A stretch of DNA of 64,000 nucleotides, taken from contig JASTWF010000036.1 in the NCBI GenBank assembly GCA_030390025.1, positions 1,736,001-1,800,000 on the forward strand, read 5' to 3'. Source of the DNA: Squalus acanthias. Its lineage: Eukaryota. Shown here one piece after another: positions 35,686-48,489 of the stretch (position 1 is its first letter; the number at the start of each line of letters is the position of its first letter). The position numbers and the translations under genes are program-made. The notes under the pieces were generated by a model. That model had not been told where the DNA came from. It was given only the letters and a program-made list of their open reading frames with translations, and did no database searches.

Positions 35686-36028
35686 TGATGCTGAGAGGCT
35701 GTTTCCCCCCATGGCTGGGGAGTCTAGAACCAGGGGTCACAGTCTCAGGATAAGGGGTCGGCCATTTTGGACTGAGATGAGGAGAAATTTCTTCACTCAG
35801 AGGGTGGTGAATCTTTGGAATTCTCCACCCCAGAGGGCTGTGGAGGCTCAGTCGTTGAGTATATTCAAGGCTGAGATCGATAGATTTTTGGACTCTAGGG
35901 GAATCGAGGGATATGGAGATCGGGCGGGAGAGTGGAGTTGAGGTAGAAGATCAGCCATGATCTTATTGAATGGCGGAGCAGGCTCGAGGGGCCGTATGGC
36001 CTACTCCTGCTCCTAATTCTTATGTTCT
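35686..36028 (+). mobile_element. CR1 LINE 3' fragment
   Basis: Encodes DAERLFP..GESRTRGHSLRIRGRPF.TEMRRNFFTQRVVNLWNS. Confidence 0.87.
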
Positions 36029-37237
36029 AAGAGAGGAATCCTATCTCAGATGCTGGTGGACCTGCCGTGCGTTTCCAGAACGTTCTATGTTTCTTCCACT
36101 TGCCCGAAACTGTGATTTTTCTTTTCAGCGTGAGAAAGAAGGCAATCGCTTCCTATGCGTGAAGTCCACAGAACACTATCATTAAATAGAGATTGAAGTC
36201 AAATTATAAAGCGATTAATGTATCCTGGAAAACACATTAAAACAAAATTCAAAGACAATTAAAGCACCAGCCTGAGTTTCGAGCCATACTGAGAGATTCT
36301 GCAGAGCTACAATGGACTAATGAAGGGGTGAAAATCAGCCTATTCTTTGTCCCAGTTAAGTGAACAACAAACAGATGCTCATTCTTATGAGCATGCTAGG
36401 GGTGCCTTCATGCCCCCTGCATGTTGTGGATGTCTTGGAGAAGTTGTGAAGAAAGAACGAACTTGCATTTCTATAGCGCCTGTCACGACCCCAGGACACC
36501 CCAAAGCGCTTTACAGCCAATGAAGTACTTTTGAAGTGTAGTCACTGTTGTAATGCAGGAAACGCGGCAGCCAAGTTTATGCACAGCAAGATCCCACAAA
36601 CAGCAATGTGCTATTGTTTTAGTGATGTTGGTTGTGTACTGTTAGCAGGGCAGGTTTGTTGAAAATGGAAGCATTCAGCTCCTTGAAAAATGATCGGTGA
36701 ATGACGTCTTTCTCCTCATCTGCTGCCACCTTTCATTGTTTCATGGACAGCCTCCATTTTGCCTGTTGTCATTGGTTACCTGGCTTACTTACTGAAAGGC
36801 CAGACTGAAATGTCATGTTTATGCCACCTGCTAATCCCAATATTGACCTATTGAGATGATTCGAGAGCGTTGCAAACGGTGCTACAGTACAGTGATGTAG
36901 CATCGGGTGACAGGGCACGATTTCATCCTTCCGAGTCCCTCGCGCCACAACAGGCTTCTCGTCTTACAATTTGGTCGCGTCTTGGCACTTGCCCACAGGA
37001 AATACGGGATGGTTAGCGATTGGCTCCAGCCGTTGGATTGCCCTGTCCGCCCAGAAATGGTTGGGTTGATGGGTAACCTGAAGGGAGGCGGAATAAATAT
37101 ATATATAAACCTAAGGAAAAATAGATAAATGCACCATGTGGTGTGGGTGTGAATCACACAAACCAGGATGCTTCCAGATTCACACTGGTCTGTGCTGAGT
37201 TAGCTGTCAGTCATGGCAGCAGTGGAATGACCTCATC

Positions 37238-37583
37238 CCTCCCTATCTCTGTAACCCCGTACAGCCCTCCGAGATCTCTGCGCTCCTCCAATTCTGGCCT
37301 CTTGAGCATCCCTGATTATAATCGCTCCACCATTGGCGGCCGTGCCTTCAGCTGCCGAGGCCCTAGCTCTGGAATTCCCTCCCTAAACCTCTCCGCCTCT
37401 CTACCTCTCTCTCCTCCTTTAAGACGCTCCTTAAAACCTACCTCTTTGACCAAGCTTTTGGTCACCTGTCCGAATATCTCCTTATGTGGCTCGGTGTCAA
37501 ATTTTGTCTGATAACGCTCCTGTGAAGCACCTTGGGACATTTTACTACGTTAAGGTGTTATATAAATGCAAGTTGTTGTTGTT
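37238..37583 (+). mobile_element. L2 LINE 3' fragment
   Basis: Encodes PPRSLRSSNSGLLSIP...IGGRAFS and has a (GTT)n tail. Confidence 0.83.
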
Positions 37584-38474
37584 CAATGGTATAAGTGGCC
37601 TTCGTGCCCCTCAGTCCAGGAGGGGAAGGGTCAGCAAGCGTTCCCGCTCCTAATCGCCATCTAGTGACTCCTCCTGGGAACTGCTTGTATGGTTGTCAGG
37701 TGAAGACGTGATTGGGCTCAGCTGTCGTGTCCTTTACAATCGATTACGGTGCGGGCACTCACTATCTAGTCCCGCGCGTGAAGGATGCGCGCTTGGGCGA
37801 GGTAGCGGAGCCTGGTGCCCATGGAACTGTACCCGAGCATGAGGCAGTGCCATCAGGAGAGAGGCGGGGAAACTGTGAAAGGCCGATTCAGTAACCGTGA
37901 ACAGGGTAGCCTCCGATTGATGCTCCGTGGAACTTGCAACCACGTCTGTCTGTGATTTTGTTGACCCTCTCAATAGGATTGCTTTCGAAGCCCTGTGGGA
38001 AGTGCTTTGAGTGACTCAGGAAGGGGACTGTGTATTTGCTATATGTGGCATTGAGCTGTAACTCTTATAACAAGAGTGCGACAGTGAGTTGCACACCACA
38101 GCGCAGTATATGATATTGGTATTAGTGAGTGAGATGTATATTGAGAGGGCCACCGTTAGTGGGGAGGGTGTGGTATACGAGAGAGTGCTAATGGTGGGAT
38201 ATATCCTGTGAGAGTGTTTTTATATGGTTTACTGTCAGGGGAAGCATTAAATCAACAAGTGATATTTAGTGAGCGAATGCTCTTGCAATCTCACTTCAAA
38301 CTATCCCGTAGCTGAATTTTAAATCCCTATGGTTTATGTCATTCGTGTTTGAATGTGAAGCCTTATGCCATCTCTGTAATTTGTACAGTGCTATTGAAAA
38401 TGGGAAATTCAGCAATCTTATTCCATAAATCACCCATTAAAACAAACACACAGCTCCCAGATAGACAAAAAGAA

Positions 38475-38850
38475 AACACTTGCATTTCTACAGCGCCTTT
38501 CACGACCTCAGGACGTCTCAAAGCGTTTTACAGCCAATGAAGTACTTTTGAAGTGGAGTCACTGTGGCAATGTAGGAAATGTGGCAGCCAATTTGCGCAC
38601 AGCAAGCTCCCACAAACAGTAAGTGATAGTGAGCAGATAATCTGTTAGTGATGTTGGTCGAGGGATAAATATTGGCCAGGACACCGGGGAGAACTCCCCT
38701 GCTCTTCTTCGAAATAGTGCCGTGGGATCTTTTACGTCCACCTGAGAGAGCAGACTCAGTTTAACGTCTCATCCGAAAGACGGCACCTCCGACAGTGCAG
38801 CGCTCCCTCAGTACTGACATTGGAGCGTCAGCCTAGATTTTTGTGCTCCA
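38475..38850 (-). mobile_element. DeuSINE (further minus-strand 3' fragments at ~36450-36632 and ~39380-39600)
   Basis: Match to the full-length copies. Confidence 0.8.
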
Positions 38851-39811
38851 GCAGATAATGGCACCAGCTGGTTGAGTATCAGGTCATACAGACCAGAAGG
38901 CCTCAGCCTGTCGTGAGTTGGCTGTGCGCAGCCGAGGCAGCAATAGGGATGCTACAATTGGCCGCAGCTCCCTGAGGTTAGGAAGAGAAAACAAATCTTT
39001 ACTGCTATCCATTGCCCCCTGTTGGAAAGTGCAGTGGGCGACAACAGGATGTGATTCTACCCATCCCCCGCCACGGTTGAACAGCCTGCCAACGTTTACT
39101 GCCCAGGCTCACACATCAAGAATGGCCGTGTGGGTGAGGTACTGGAGGGCAGCTGACATCCCGGCTCGGGCCAACACCTTCAGGATTGGAGGTGAGGTGG
39201 CGGGGAACAGATAAACAACGCCGCAACCACTGACATCGGAACGCGTTTATTGGTGGAGTGAAGAGGTGGGGAGGACGCTGGTGATTGGTTCACCTCCATC
39301 CAATAATCTCAGTGAAATTTATTTCTACATCTCAATTGAATAATGAGCCGACACTCATCCAGAATACACTCAGAGACAAAAAGAAAGACTTGCATTTCTG
39401 TAGCGCCTTTCATGAGCTCAAGACGTCCCAAAGCGCTTTACAGCCAATGAAGTACTTTTGAAGTGTAGTCACTGTTGTAATGTAGGAAATGCGGCAGCCA
39501 ATTTGCGCACAGCAAGCTCCCACAAACAGCAATGTGATAATGACCAGATAATCTGTTTTAGTGATGTTGATTGAGGGATAAATATTGGCCCCAGGACACC
39601 AGCAGAAATGTCTTGCTATATTACCCAACGTCCAGTCCTAGATGGTCTGCCTTGGGTTTGGATGGGACGTCTGATATCTGGGATGAAGTCCTGCCCAGAG
39701 CGCTGGCTAAGGGATCCCATAGAAAATGATTTGAGGCATTTTTAAGCCCATTGCTTGATGATTGTGAATCTGGTACTGAGTCTCACTCAGGGGGTAGGGG
39801 GTTCATGGCTG

Positions 39812-40397
39812 ATATAGAATCTTACAGCATAGAAGGAGGCCATTCGGCCCATCGTGCCTGTACCGTCTCTCTGAAAGAGCTACCAATTAGTCCCACTCCT
39901 CTTCCCTTTCCCCATAGCCCTGCAGTTTTTTCCTTTTTAAGTATATATCCAGTACCCTTTTGAAAGTTACTATTGAATCTGCTTCCACCGCCCTTTCAGG
40001 CAGCGCATTCCAGGTCACAATAACTCGCTGCGTAAAAAAAATTAAAATTCTCCTCATCTTCCCCCTGGCTTTTTTGCCAATTGTCTTAAATCTGGTTACC
40101 AACCCTCCTGCCAGTGGAAACAATTTCTCCCTATTTACTCTATCAAAAACTCTCATCATTTTGAACACCTCCATTAAATCCCCCCTTAACCTTGTCTGCT
40201 ATAAGGAGAACAATCCCAGCTTCTCTAGTCTCTCCACAGAACAGCACAGGCACGATGGGCCGAATGGCCTCCTGTGCTGTATCAGTCTATGATTCTATGA
40301 TCACTGAAGTCCCTCATCCCTGGTACCATACTGGTAAATCTCCTCTGCACCCTCTCCAAGGCCTTGACATCCTTCCTAAAGTTTGGTGCCCAGAATT
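39812..40397 (-). mobile_element. CR1 3' fragment containing a short opposite-strand CR1 tail (~40243-40300)
   Basis: Encodes DRVNREKLFPLAG...FFTQRVIVTWNALPE and QFWAPNFRKDVKALERVQRRFT. Confidence 0.83.
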
Positions 40398-40552
40398 GGA
40401 TATATGGTAGACTGAAAAAAAAAACAATAAAAAATGAAATTAAAGACCAAAAATAACATACAGTGGTCCAGCAAGGTTGGGGTTGAGTGAAAGGAGCTTT
40501 ATTCTCCATGTGACGGTGCTAAACCTGAACTGGGAATGCTTAATGTTGACTC

Positions 40553-40905
40553 CATGTAGAAATTTACGGCACAGAAGGAGGCCATTCGGCCCATCGTGTC
40601 TCTGTGCCGGCCAACAAAGAGCTATCCAGCCTAATCCCACTTTCCAGCTCTTGGTCCGTAGCCCTGTAGGTTACGGCACTTCAAGCACATATCCAAGTAC
40701 TTTCTAAATGTGGTGAGTGTCTCTGCCTCGACCACCCTTTCAGGCAGTGAGTTCCAGACCCCCACCACCCTCTGGGTGAAAACATTTCTCCCCAACTCCC
40801 CTCTAATCCTTCTACCAATTACTTTAAATCTATGTCCCCTGGTTATTGACCTCTCTGCTGAAGGAAATAGGTCCTTCCTATCCACTCTATCTAGGCCCCT
40901 CATTA
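40553..40905 (-). mobile_element. CR1 LINE 3' fragment
   Basis: Encodes MRGLDRVDRKDLFP...TRGHRFKV...FTQRVVGVWNSLPE. Confidence 0.87.
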
Positions 40906-41756
40906 TGTTATTGTATTGAAAGTGCTCCACTCCCCATCATTCTCCATGGTAAGTGGCAAAGAAAAACCTAAAAGTAAAAACTGCAAAGTGCATATAGTTC
41001 TTTGCATAAAAGAGCAGCATTTTATGGTGCTTTTCTGTGTGTTGGCATGTTTAAAACAGTGGGGGTATCTCTTTTTTGTTATGGAAGTAAATAACCTGAG
41101 ATTTGATTGCTGGGTTGATCATTGGAGAGAATTTGAACGCTCAGTGCACTATAAAACATTCGAGTTCAGGCAAGGGTATCATTTCTGCTCCCTGACAAGC
41201 AGAAGCAATCTTATTAATCACGCCTGAAGCAATTGTCTTCTTTCTGTTACTCGCCGAATCCCACTTCCATAACAATGTAACGGCAGGTTCTGGTACTTCA
41301 CAGGAGGACAGGGCCAAGACTTATGAGGTAAAGTTCCGCAATGAAATAGAATAGATGCTCCTAATTACCGGCATGGGGAAAATCATACACGCAGATATGA
41401 ATGCATTAATCCACAGGCTGCTTTGTGCAAGCACTCTCCCCAAGCTCCCCAGCATCTTCATCTAATGTACAGCCTACCCGTTTAAGAACATAAGAACAGA
41501 ACATAAGAATTAGGAGCAGGAGTCGGCCATACGGCCCCTCGAGCCTGCTCCGCCATTCAATAAGATCATGGCTGATCTTCTACCTCAACTCCACTTTCCT
41601 GCACTATCCCCGTATCCCTTGATTCCCAACTTTAAAAAAAAGTCCAAAATCCTTGCTCATCTGACTGCAAATTGAAGAACATTTCAGAACAGTGCATTTA
41701 GCACTTGGTTAGCCAGTAACATCTGTGACTGCTGAGCAATCTCGCTGATATTCAAG

Positions 41757-42464
41757 GGGGGGTCATTTTAACCACAAAAAAATGGGTGGGTTGTTTAACA
41801 TTTTTTAAATCTCCAACCCGCCTCCGACCCGGCCACTTCCGGTTTTAGCGGAGGCGGGACAGGGGCCGGGCAACCAACCTGCTCCCAGGAGGCGGGTTGG
41901 CCGTTTAAATATTATAATGAGGCCGCATGCCACGGAAAACCCAGCAGCGAAAGGGAGGCGAGGACTGCTTTGTGGAAGTGGCAGTTGCCTTTCCAATGCA
42001 GCTTGTGGGCCAGGAGGAGCAGGAGTGCTTCCACCAAGCTTACCTTCTTCCCTGCCGGCCACCGGGACCCCCCCCATCCAAAGACACCCCAGGATCGGAC
42101 CCCAAGGATCGGGTATCGGACCCCACCTACCACCCGCGCCCCCCCCCCCCCCCCAAATCAGAAATCAGACCTGCCCCCCCCGAGATTGGACCTCCCACCC
42201 CCCCCCCCCCCCCGCCCAAAAGGGATCGAGGATCACCCCCCACACGTTACCACTATCCCAGCAGCAGGCTCCTTACCTGCTCCTGGCCTGCGGCCTCCTC
42301 CTGCGCGTTCCCCACCCGGCAGGGAGCCAAGCCTGTCAATCGGGCTGGCCTTCAGGCGGGGAACCCGCTGGGGAAAAAGCTCCACAGCGTGCGGGGAAAC
42401 CCGCCCGAACAAAACTCTTTCCCCCTCCCGCTCACGGAGCCCGTCCCAGTCAATATCGGGGCCC
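41757..42464. mobile_element. GC-rich MITE-like element, probably Harbinger type
   Basis: Ends GGGGGGTCATTTT and reverse-complemented GGGCCCCGATATT; many CCCGCC motifs as in the MITEs at 44559 and 46075; no clean TSD. Confidence 0.5.
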
Positions 42465-42631
42465 TGGTGTCTGGATCTGCAGTGCAACCAATCTCCTTTA
42501 TTTTAGACCACTTGGAAAGTTCAACCAAAGCGTGACTGTGCCTGGTAAAATATATCTGTAGGGATGAACCTCGATGTTTTTTTGATGCCAGTTTGTCCCT
42601 GATTTGTAAACTACCCTCCCTGTTTAAAGAA

Positions 42632-43091
42632 TAAAACACTTGCATTTCTACAGCGCTTTTCACACCCTCAGGATGTCCCAAAGCGATTTACAGCCAATGA
42701 AGTACTTTTGAAGTGTAGTCACTGTTGTAATGTGGGAAACACGGCAGCCAATTTGCGCACAGCAAGCTCCCACAAACAGCAATGCGATAATGACCAGATA
42801 ATCTGTTTCTTTCAGTGATGTTAGTTGAGGGATAAATATTGGCCAGGACACCGGGGAGAACTCCCCTGCTCTTCTTCAAAATAGTGCTGTTGGATCTTTT
42901 ACGCCCACCGGAGAGAGTAGACAGGGCCTCGGTTTAGCATCTCCTCTGAAAGACAGCACCTCCGACAGTGCAGCACTCCCTCAGCACTGCACTGGGAGTG
43001 TCAGCCTAGCTTTATGTGCTCAAGTCTCTGGAGTGGGACTTGAACCCACAACCTTCTGACTCAGAGGCACCAACTGAGCCACGGCTGACAC
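42632..43091 (-). mobile_element. SacSINE1-like DeuSINE, full length
   Basis: Head, core and tail all present. Confidence 0.87.
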
Positions 43092-43167
43092 CTAAACTTC
43101 TGCCTCCCCAGTGCAAAGCCGAAATAAGGAAAAATTACATTCTGTTCTTGGCCTAACCTTTCAACTG

Positions 43168-43472
43168 TAGAGAGGTGGAGAGGTTTAGGCAGGGAATTCC
43201 AGAGATTAGGGCCCAGGCAACAGAAGGCACGGCCACCAAAGGTTGAGCGATTATAATCAGGGATGCTCAAGAGGGCAGAATTAGAGGAGCGCAGATATCT
43301 CGGGGGGGGATTGTGGGCTGGAGGAAATTACAGAGATAGGGAGGGGCGAGGACATGGAGGGATTTGAAAACAAGGATGAGAATTTTGAAATCGAGGCGTT
43401 GCTTAACCGGGAGCCAATGGAGGTCAGCGAGCACAGGGGTGATGGGCGAACGGGACTTGGTGCGAGTTAGGT
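43168..43472 (-). mobile_element. L2 LINE fragment
   Basis: Encodes SIPDYNRSTFGGRAFCCLGPNLWNSLP. Confidence 0.8.
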
Positions 43473-44558
43473 CAGTTCAAAATTCATTTTGCTTCGGATC
43501 CCTATAGCTGTCAGAAAGAGAGAGCGGCGTCCATTCAGGAATGTGGACTAGATTCATTGCAAGTCCCAGAACTGGGAATAAGAAATGATTTACCAACTGT
43601 GCTACTAAGTCTCCCACTTCCATCATCACACGTGGGGGCTTTACTAAGGATGCAATCGGCTTATCATCCTGTTATGAAAATTCTAATATGTGCATAACTA
43701 TTTGAGGCTCCCGGTATTTGCATATTAGTAGATTTCCGGGCTGTACTTCTTCGGTTCACATGTTAATGTAAGAAGGCTTGCAATCACTATAAGTCCTGAC
43801 TGCCAGCCAAGTTGCAACAGCTCCAGATGTGATATAAGTGCTTTGGTCTGTGCTTGTAGTACTAATCCCCACCGTGTATGGGGGAACGCTGTGAAATCGT
43901 GGCGTTTGAAACCCCAGATGATGGTGCTTAAATTATAAGCCAGCTGCCGACTTCTGGTTTGCAGATAGAGTTGGCATTGTCCACTATCACCACATGTTGG
44001 CTACAATATCTATTTTATGTCCAACTAAGGCTCTTTTTTCCCCCACAATTTGCTCCCATGCTGACGACTGAGACCGATGCTGGGGCATGGCTCCCTGGAC
44101 AGACACCACTTGCCATCCAATTCATTGAGCGGGCGGCCATTCTTCATGGTGAGCCCAGAGGTGAGTGTCAACACCCCTAATAGGCAAAGGCCCCGCTTGT
44201 GTAGTTAGGCAAACAAATGAGGTAAGAGACAGCATCAAGCTAAAAGAAAAGGCTTAACAAATTCAAAGGAAAAGTGGAAATCCAGCAGCCTGGAAGAGCT
44301 ATAAAAACAAAGAAGGAATATAAAAAAAAAAGTAATAAAGTGTGGATAAAAGGAATGTGCTCTGATTGGCGGGATGTGACAAGTGGTGTTCCCCAGGGAT
44401 CTGGACAGGGGCCTCAGCTTTTCACCATGTATATCAATAACTTGGTTGAAGGAATAGAGAGTTGTATATCCAAGTTTGCAGATGACACTAAGTTAGGAGG
44501 CACAGTAAGTTGTGCAGATGGGAGCAAGGAGTTACAAAGGGACATTGATAGACTAAGT

Positions 44559-45429
44559 GGCCGTGATCTTACCTGAAGAGGCGAGTTGGGAGCGGGTCAT
44601 CTGACTTGCGGGTTCCGAACCCGCCCCCAACGACGCACAGATGCTATTTTGCGTCAATTGGCCTTGTTAAGCCCGCCCTGCGGGCTTGCCAGCCAATTAA
44701 GCGAAAGCCGGTGTCAGATGACGTCAGTTGATGATGTGTCATCTGCTGGTTTTCTTAAAGGGGACACGCTCATTTTTGTTTGACAGCTGATTTTTCAGTG
44801 TTTGACAGCATTGAGGTGCTGCAAACACTGCCAATCACTGTACAAAGGTGAGCCCTTGCACCCAGGCTCTCCTGTGACTCTCACCTTAGGATGAAACAGA
44901 TGGCAGCTGCAGGTGAGGTTACAGAAGCGATCTGTCACTGGTGAGAGAGGTTCTCCCAATGAGGTGGGACTACGCAAACACTTCAAACCTTATTACCTAC
45001 AGAAAAGTTTGAATACATTAAAAATGATTTTTCCCAGCATTTCCTTACCTCTGAAACTCACCAGTGTTCCATTGGATCCTTCACACCACTTCTGCAGCTG
45101 TCATCAATGCACAAACCTTACAGTAGACCCACAGCACGCCACACTTACCTGGCGTGGTGTCCGGACGTCGGGAAGCCCGCAGTCGGCCTGGCAAAATTGG
45201 AAAAAGCCTCTTAACTGCCTGTTAACTGCCTGTTAACAAGCAGTTAAGTGGCTATAATTCTCTTCCCGCCGCTAGGAGTTGGGTCCCTGCGCAAATCGGG
45301 GACCCGACTCCCAGGAAGATTGATTGGAGGCGGGTTGGAAGCGAGTTCGGGACCCGCTGCCAATCTTTTTGATTTTGCCAGCAGTCCCGCCTCCAAACCT
45401 GACCCCTGAGCGCCGGCAAAATCGAGCCC
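44559..45429. mobile_element. Harbinger-type MITE, 871 bp
   Basis: 3-bp TSD AGT (44556-44558, 45430-45432) defined by the host CR1; imperfect TIR GGCCGTGATCTTACC vs GGGCTCGATTTTGCC. Confidence 0.82.
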
Positions 45430-46074
45430 AGTGAGTGGGAACAACTGTGGCAGGTGGAATTCAATGTGGGCAAGTGGGAGGTCATCCACATTGGTTCCGA
45501 GAAAGACAAATTGGAATAGTTTTCTTAATGTGAGAAACTAGGAACTGTGGAGGAGCAAAGGGATTTCGGTGTCTGTACACAAATCACTAAAAGCTAGTGG
45601 ACAGGTCCAAAAAGTAATCCAAAAGGCGAATGGAATGTTGGCCTTTATCTCAAGGGGGCTGGAATATAAAGGGGGGACGATGTGATGCTTCAGTTGTACA
45701 GAGCTCTGGTTAGACCCCATGTGGAGAACCGCGTTCAGTTCTGGGCCCTGCACCTCAGGAAGGATATATTGCCCTTGGAGCAGGTACAGCACAAATTCAC
45801 CAGAATGATACCAGGGCTTAAAGGGTTAAATTATGAGGACAGGTTGCATAAACGTGGCTTGTATTCCCTTTAGTTTCGAAGGTTGAGGGGAAATCTAATC
45901 AATGATTGTAAAATGATAAAGGGATTTGATTGGGTAGATAGAGAGAAACTATTTCCTCTGGTGTGGGGGAGTCCAGAACAAGGGGGCATAACCGTAAAAT
46001 TAGAGCCAGGCCGTTCAGGGTGAAATTAGGAAGTACTACTTCACACAAAGGGTGGTGGAAATCTGGAACTCTTT

Positions 46075-46918
46075 GGGCTGAATTTTCATTGACCCGTGGA
46101 GGCGGGTTTGAAGGCGTGTGGGGGGTTAAAGTTGCAGATTCGGGGGTCCCGACCCCATCCCACCCCCAACCCGCCTCCATGCCAGTTTCGCTGGAGGCGG
46201 GTACCCGACCTGTGCTGGGACCCACCTCCCTGAGGCGGGAAGGGGATTAGTGACAATTAACTGCCTGTTAACAGGTAGTTAACAGGCAGTTTTTTGCCTA
46301 ATCCCTATTTTAATGGCTGAAATGTGGGCTTCCTGACAGGTGGCAACCACGCCAAGTTATCGGGGCGGGCCGTGGGTCTGCAGGGGTCGGAGGGGTCGAT
46401 ATGTCCGGTGGGCAGGTGAGTGATGGGTGCATGTGTGCAGAGGTAAGTGTGTAAGGTAAGTGTAAAGTGTGGGAAAAAGTTTTACTTACCTTAACTTCCT
46501 CCTGCAGGTGTCAGCCCTTCAGGTCTCGGGAGTCAGAAATCTCACCGGCACAGAAAGCACAATGGCCGTTGAGCTGTCAAAAGCTGCAGCCTCTGTTTTC
46601 TGTGCTGGATTGATTTCTAACTCAGCCTGAGAGGAAGGACTCAAGTTAGAAATCATATTGTGAGTGTTTGACAGCTTCACAGAGCTGTCAAACGCTGATA
46701 TTTCATCTGTCAAAAGCTCTTGACAGATGAAATGTCACTCGCTGACGTCACCTGTTGCCGGGTGGCCCTTGATTGGCCTGCTAAGCCCGCTGGGCGGGCT
46801 CAACAAGGTCAATCAAGGGAAAATACAGTGGGTTGGCCACAAGTCGATGGAGGCGGGACTACAACCCAAAAAGTGGGAGTCCCGCCTCCATCCCGTCCCC
46901 AGTATCAAAATCCAGCCC
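46075..46918. mobile_element. Harbinger-type MITE, 844 bp
   Basis: 3-bp TSD TTT (46072-46074, 46919-46921); TIR GGGCTGAATTTTCAT vs GGGCTGGATTTTGAT (13/15). Confidence 0.85.
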
Positions 46919-47825
46919 TTTGCCTCAAAAGGCTGTGGGAGCTTTCAAGACTGAGATTGATAGATTTTTATTCAGTAACGGTATCAAGGGGTATGGAGCT
47001 CAGGTGGGTAAGTGGAGTTCAGGTACAGATTAGCCATGAGAGGGTGGGGGAGTGGGGGCTGAATGGCGTACTCCTGTTCCTATGCTATTCAACCATGGGG
47101 ACCATCGTAGCTAAGTTCAACCTCGTCATCACCAGATGTCTCTGGGCAGGGAATCAGGTGTCAGATCCCAGTCTGATTTGAATCCTCCCTGGTCCAGAAA
47201 TGCTGAGCCCAATTGTCACCTCCCCGATTGAGAACTCATCGCAGCCCGGAAAATCAAACCCGAGGCCACCGGTGCAACAATATGATTTGCATTCCTCACT
47301 CAGCTCACTGGGGAGTAAGAAAGGCTTTTATCAGCTGATATCCAAGTTACTGTGGCTGAGCAACATATTCCAGGGTCCTCCAAAAATCTGTAACATTATG
47401 CAGGATGAACAGTGTGATCCACGGAATCTGATTTGTACTTCATGAGAGAGCTGCGCTGGAAACTCTTAAGTGGTAGTCCTGGTTAGCTTAACAAACCACG
47501 TTCAATGGGCCTTTATGTACTCGACTGCTAAAGTAGTGATGCCAGCAGAATAAAATGTAATACGAGGATTTTAACCGCGACTGATATCCTGTGCCGCTTG
47601 CAGACTGTTCCAGTGACGTCGCTGTGAACTGTTTTCTCTCGCAGCTCCATTTGTTCTCAATCGTGATGTCGTCACAAACACCAAAAATATGCATCAAGTG
47701 TGGTTTTAACTGCAGAAAACCATCGCCACAATGCATTAAATGCCAAGGTTGCCAGCGTACACACTCCTTTGAACTCTGGGGCATAGGTTCAAATCAAGCT
47801 CCAAGAAAGGAGAAAGGTCTCCTCT

Positions 47826-48139
47826 TCTCTCTCTCTCTGTCTCTGTCTGTCTGTCTCTCTCTCTCTGTCTCTCTCTCTCTCTCTGTCTCTCTCTCTGTCT
47901 CTCTCTCTCTCTCTGTCTCTCTGTCTCTCTCTCTGTCTCTCTCTCTGTGTCTCTCTCTGTCTCTCTCTCTCTCTGTGTCTCTCTCTGTGTCTCTCTCTCT
48001 GTGTCTCTCTCTCTGTGTCTGTCTGTCTCTCTGTCTCTCTCTCTCTGTCTCTCTCTCTCTGTCTCTCTCTCTGTCTCTCTCTCTGTCTCTCTGTCTCTCT
48101 CTCTGTCTCTCTCTCTGTCTCTCTCTCTGTGTCTCTCTC

Positions 48140-48184
<45 letters not shown>

Positions 48185-48315
48185 GTCTCTCTCTCTGTCT
48201 CTCTCTCTGTCTCTCTCTCTGTCTCTCTCTCTGTCTCTCTCTCTGTCTCTCTCTCTCTGTCTCTCTCTCTCTCTGTCTCTCTCTCTCTCTGTCTCTCTCT
48301 CTCTCTGTCTCTCTC

Positions 48316-48358
<43 letters not shown>

Positions 48359-48449
48359 GTGTGTCTCTCTCTCTCTCTCTGTGTCTCTCTCTGTGTCTCT
48401 CTCTGTGTCTCTCTCGCTCTGTCTCTCTCTGTCTCTCTCTCTGTGTTTC

Positions 48450-48487
<38 letters not shown>
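47826..48487. repeat. (CT)n/(CTGT)n compound microsatellite, ~660 bp
   Basis: Directly visible. Confidence 0.98.

Positions 48488-48489
<2 letters not shown>

Larger units (their letters stand above)
44340..47085 (+). mobile_element. CR1 LINE (RT to 3' end) interrupted by two MITEs
   Basis: Encodes [28 protein letters not shown] and LQLYRALVRPH.E..VQFW; the sequence resumes exactly after each insertion. Confidence 0.9.

Noticed and set aside
41917..42561. Proline-rich ORFs of 178-214 aa
   Set aside because: GC-rich MITE-like sequence with poly-C runs, open in all three frames.
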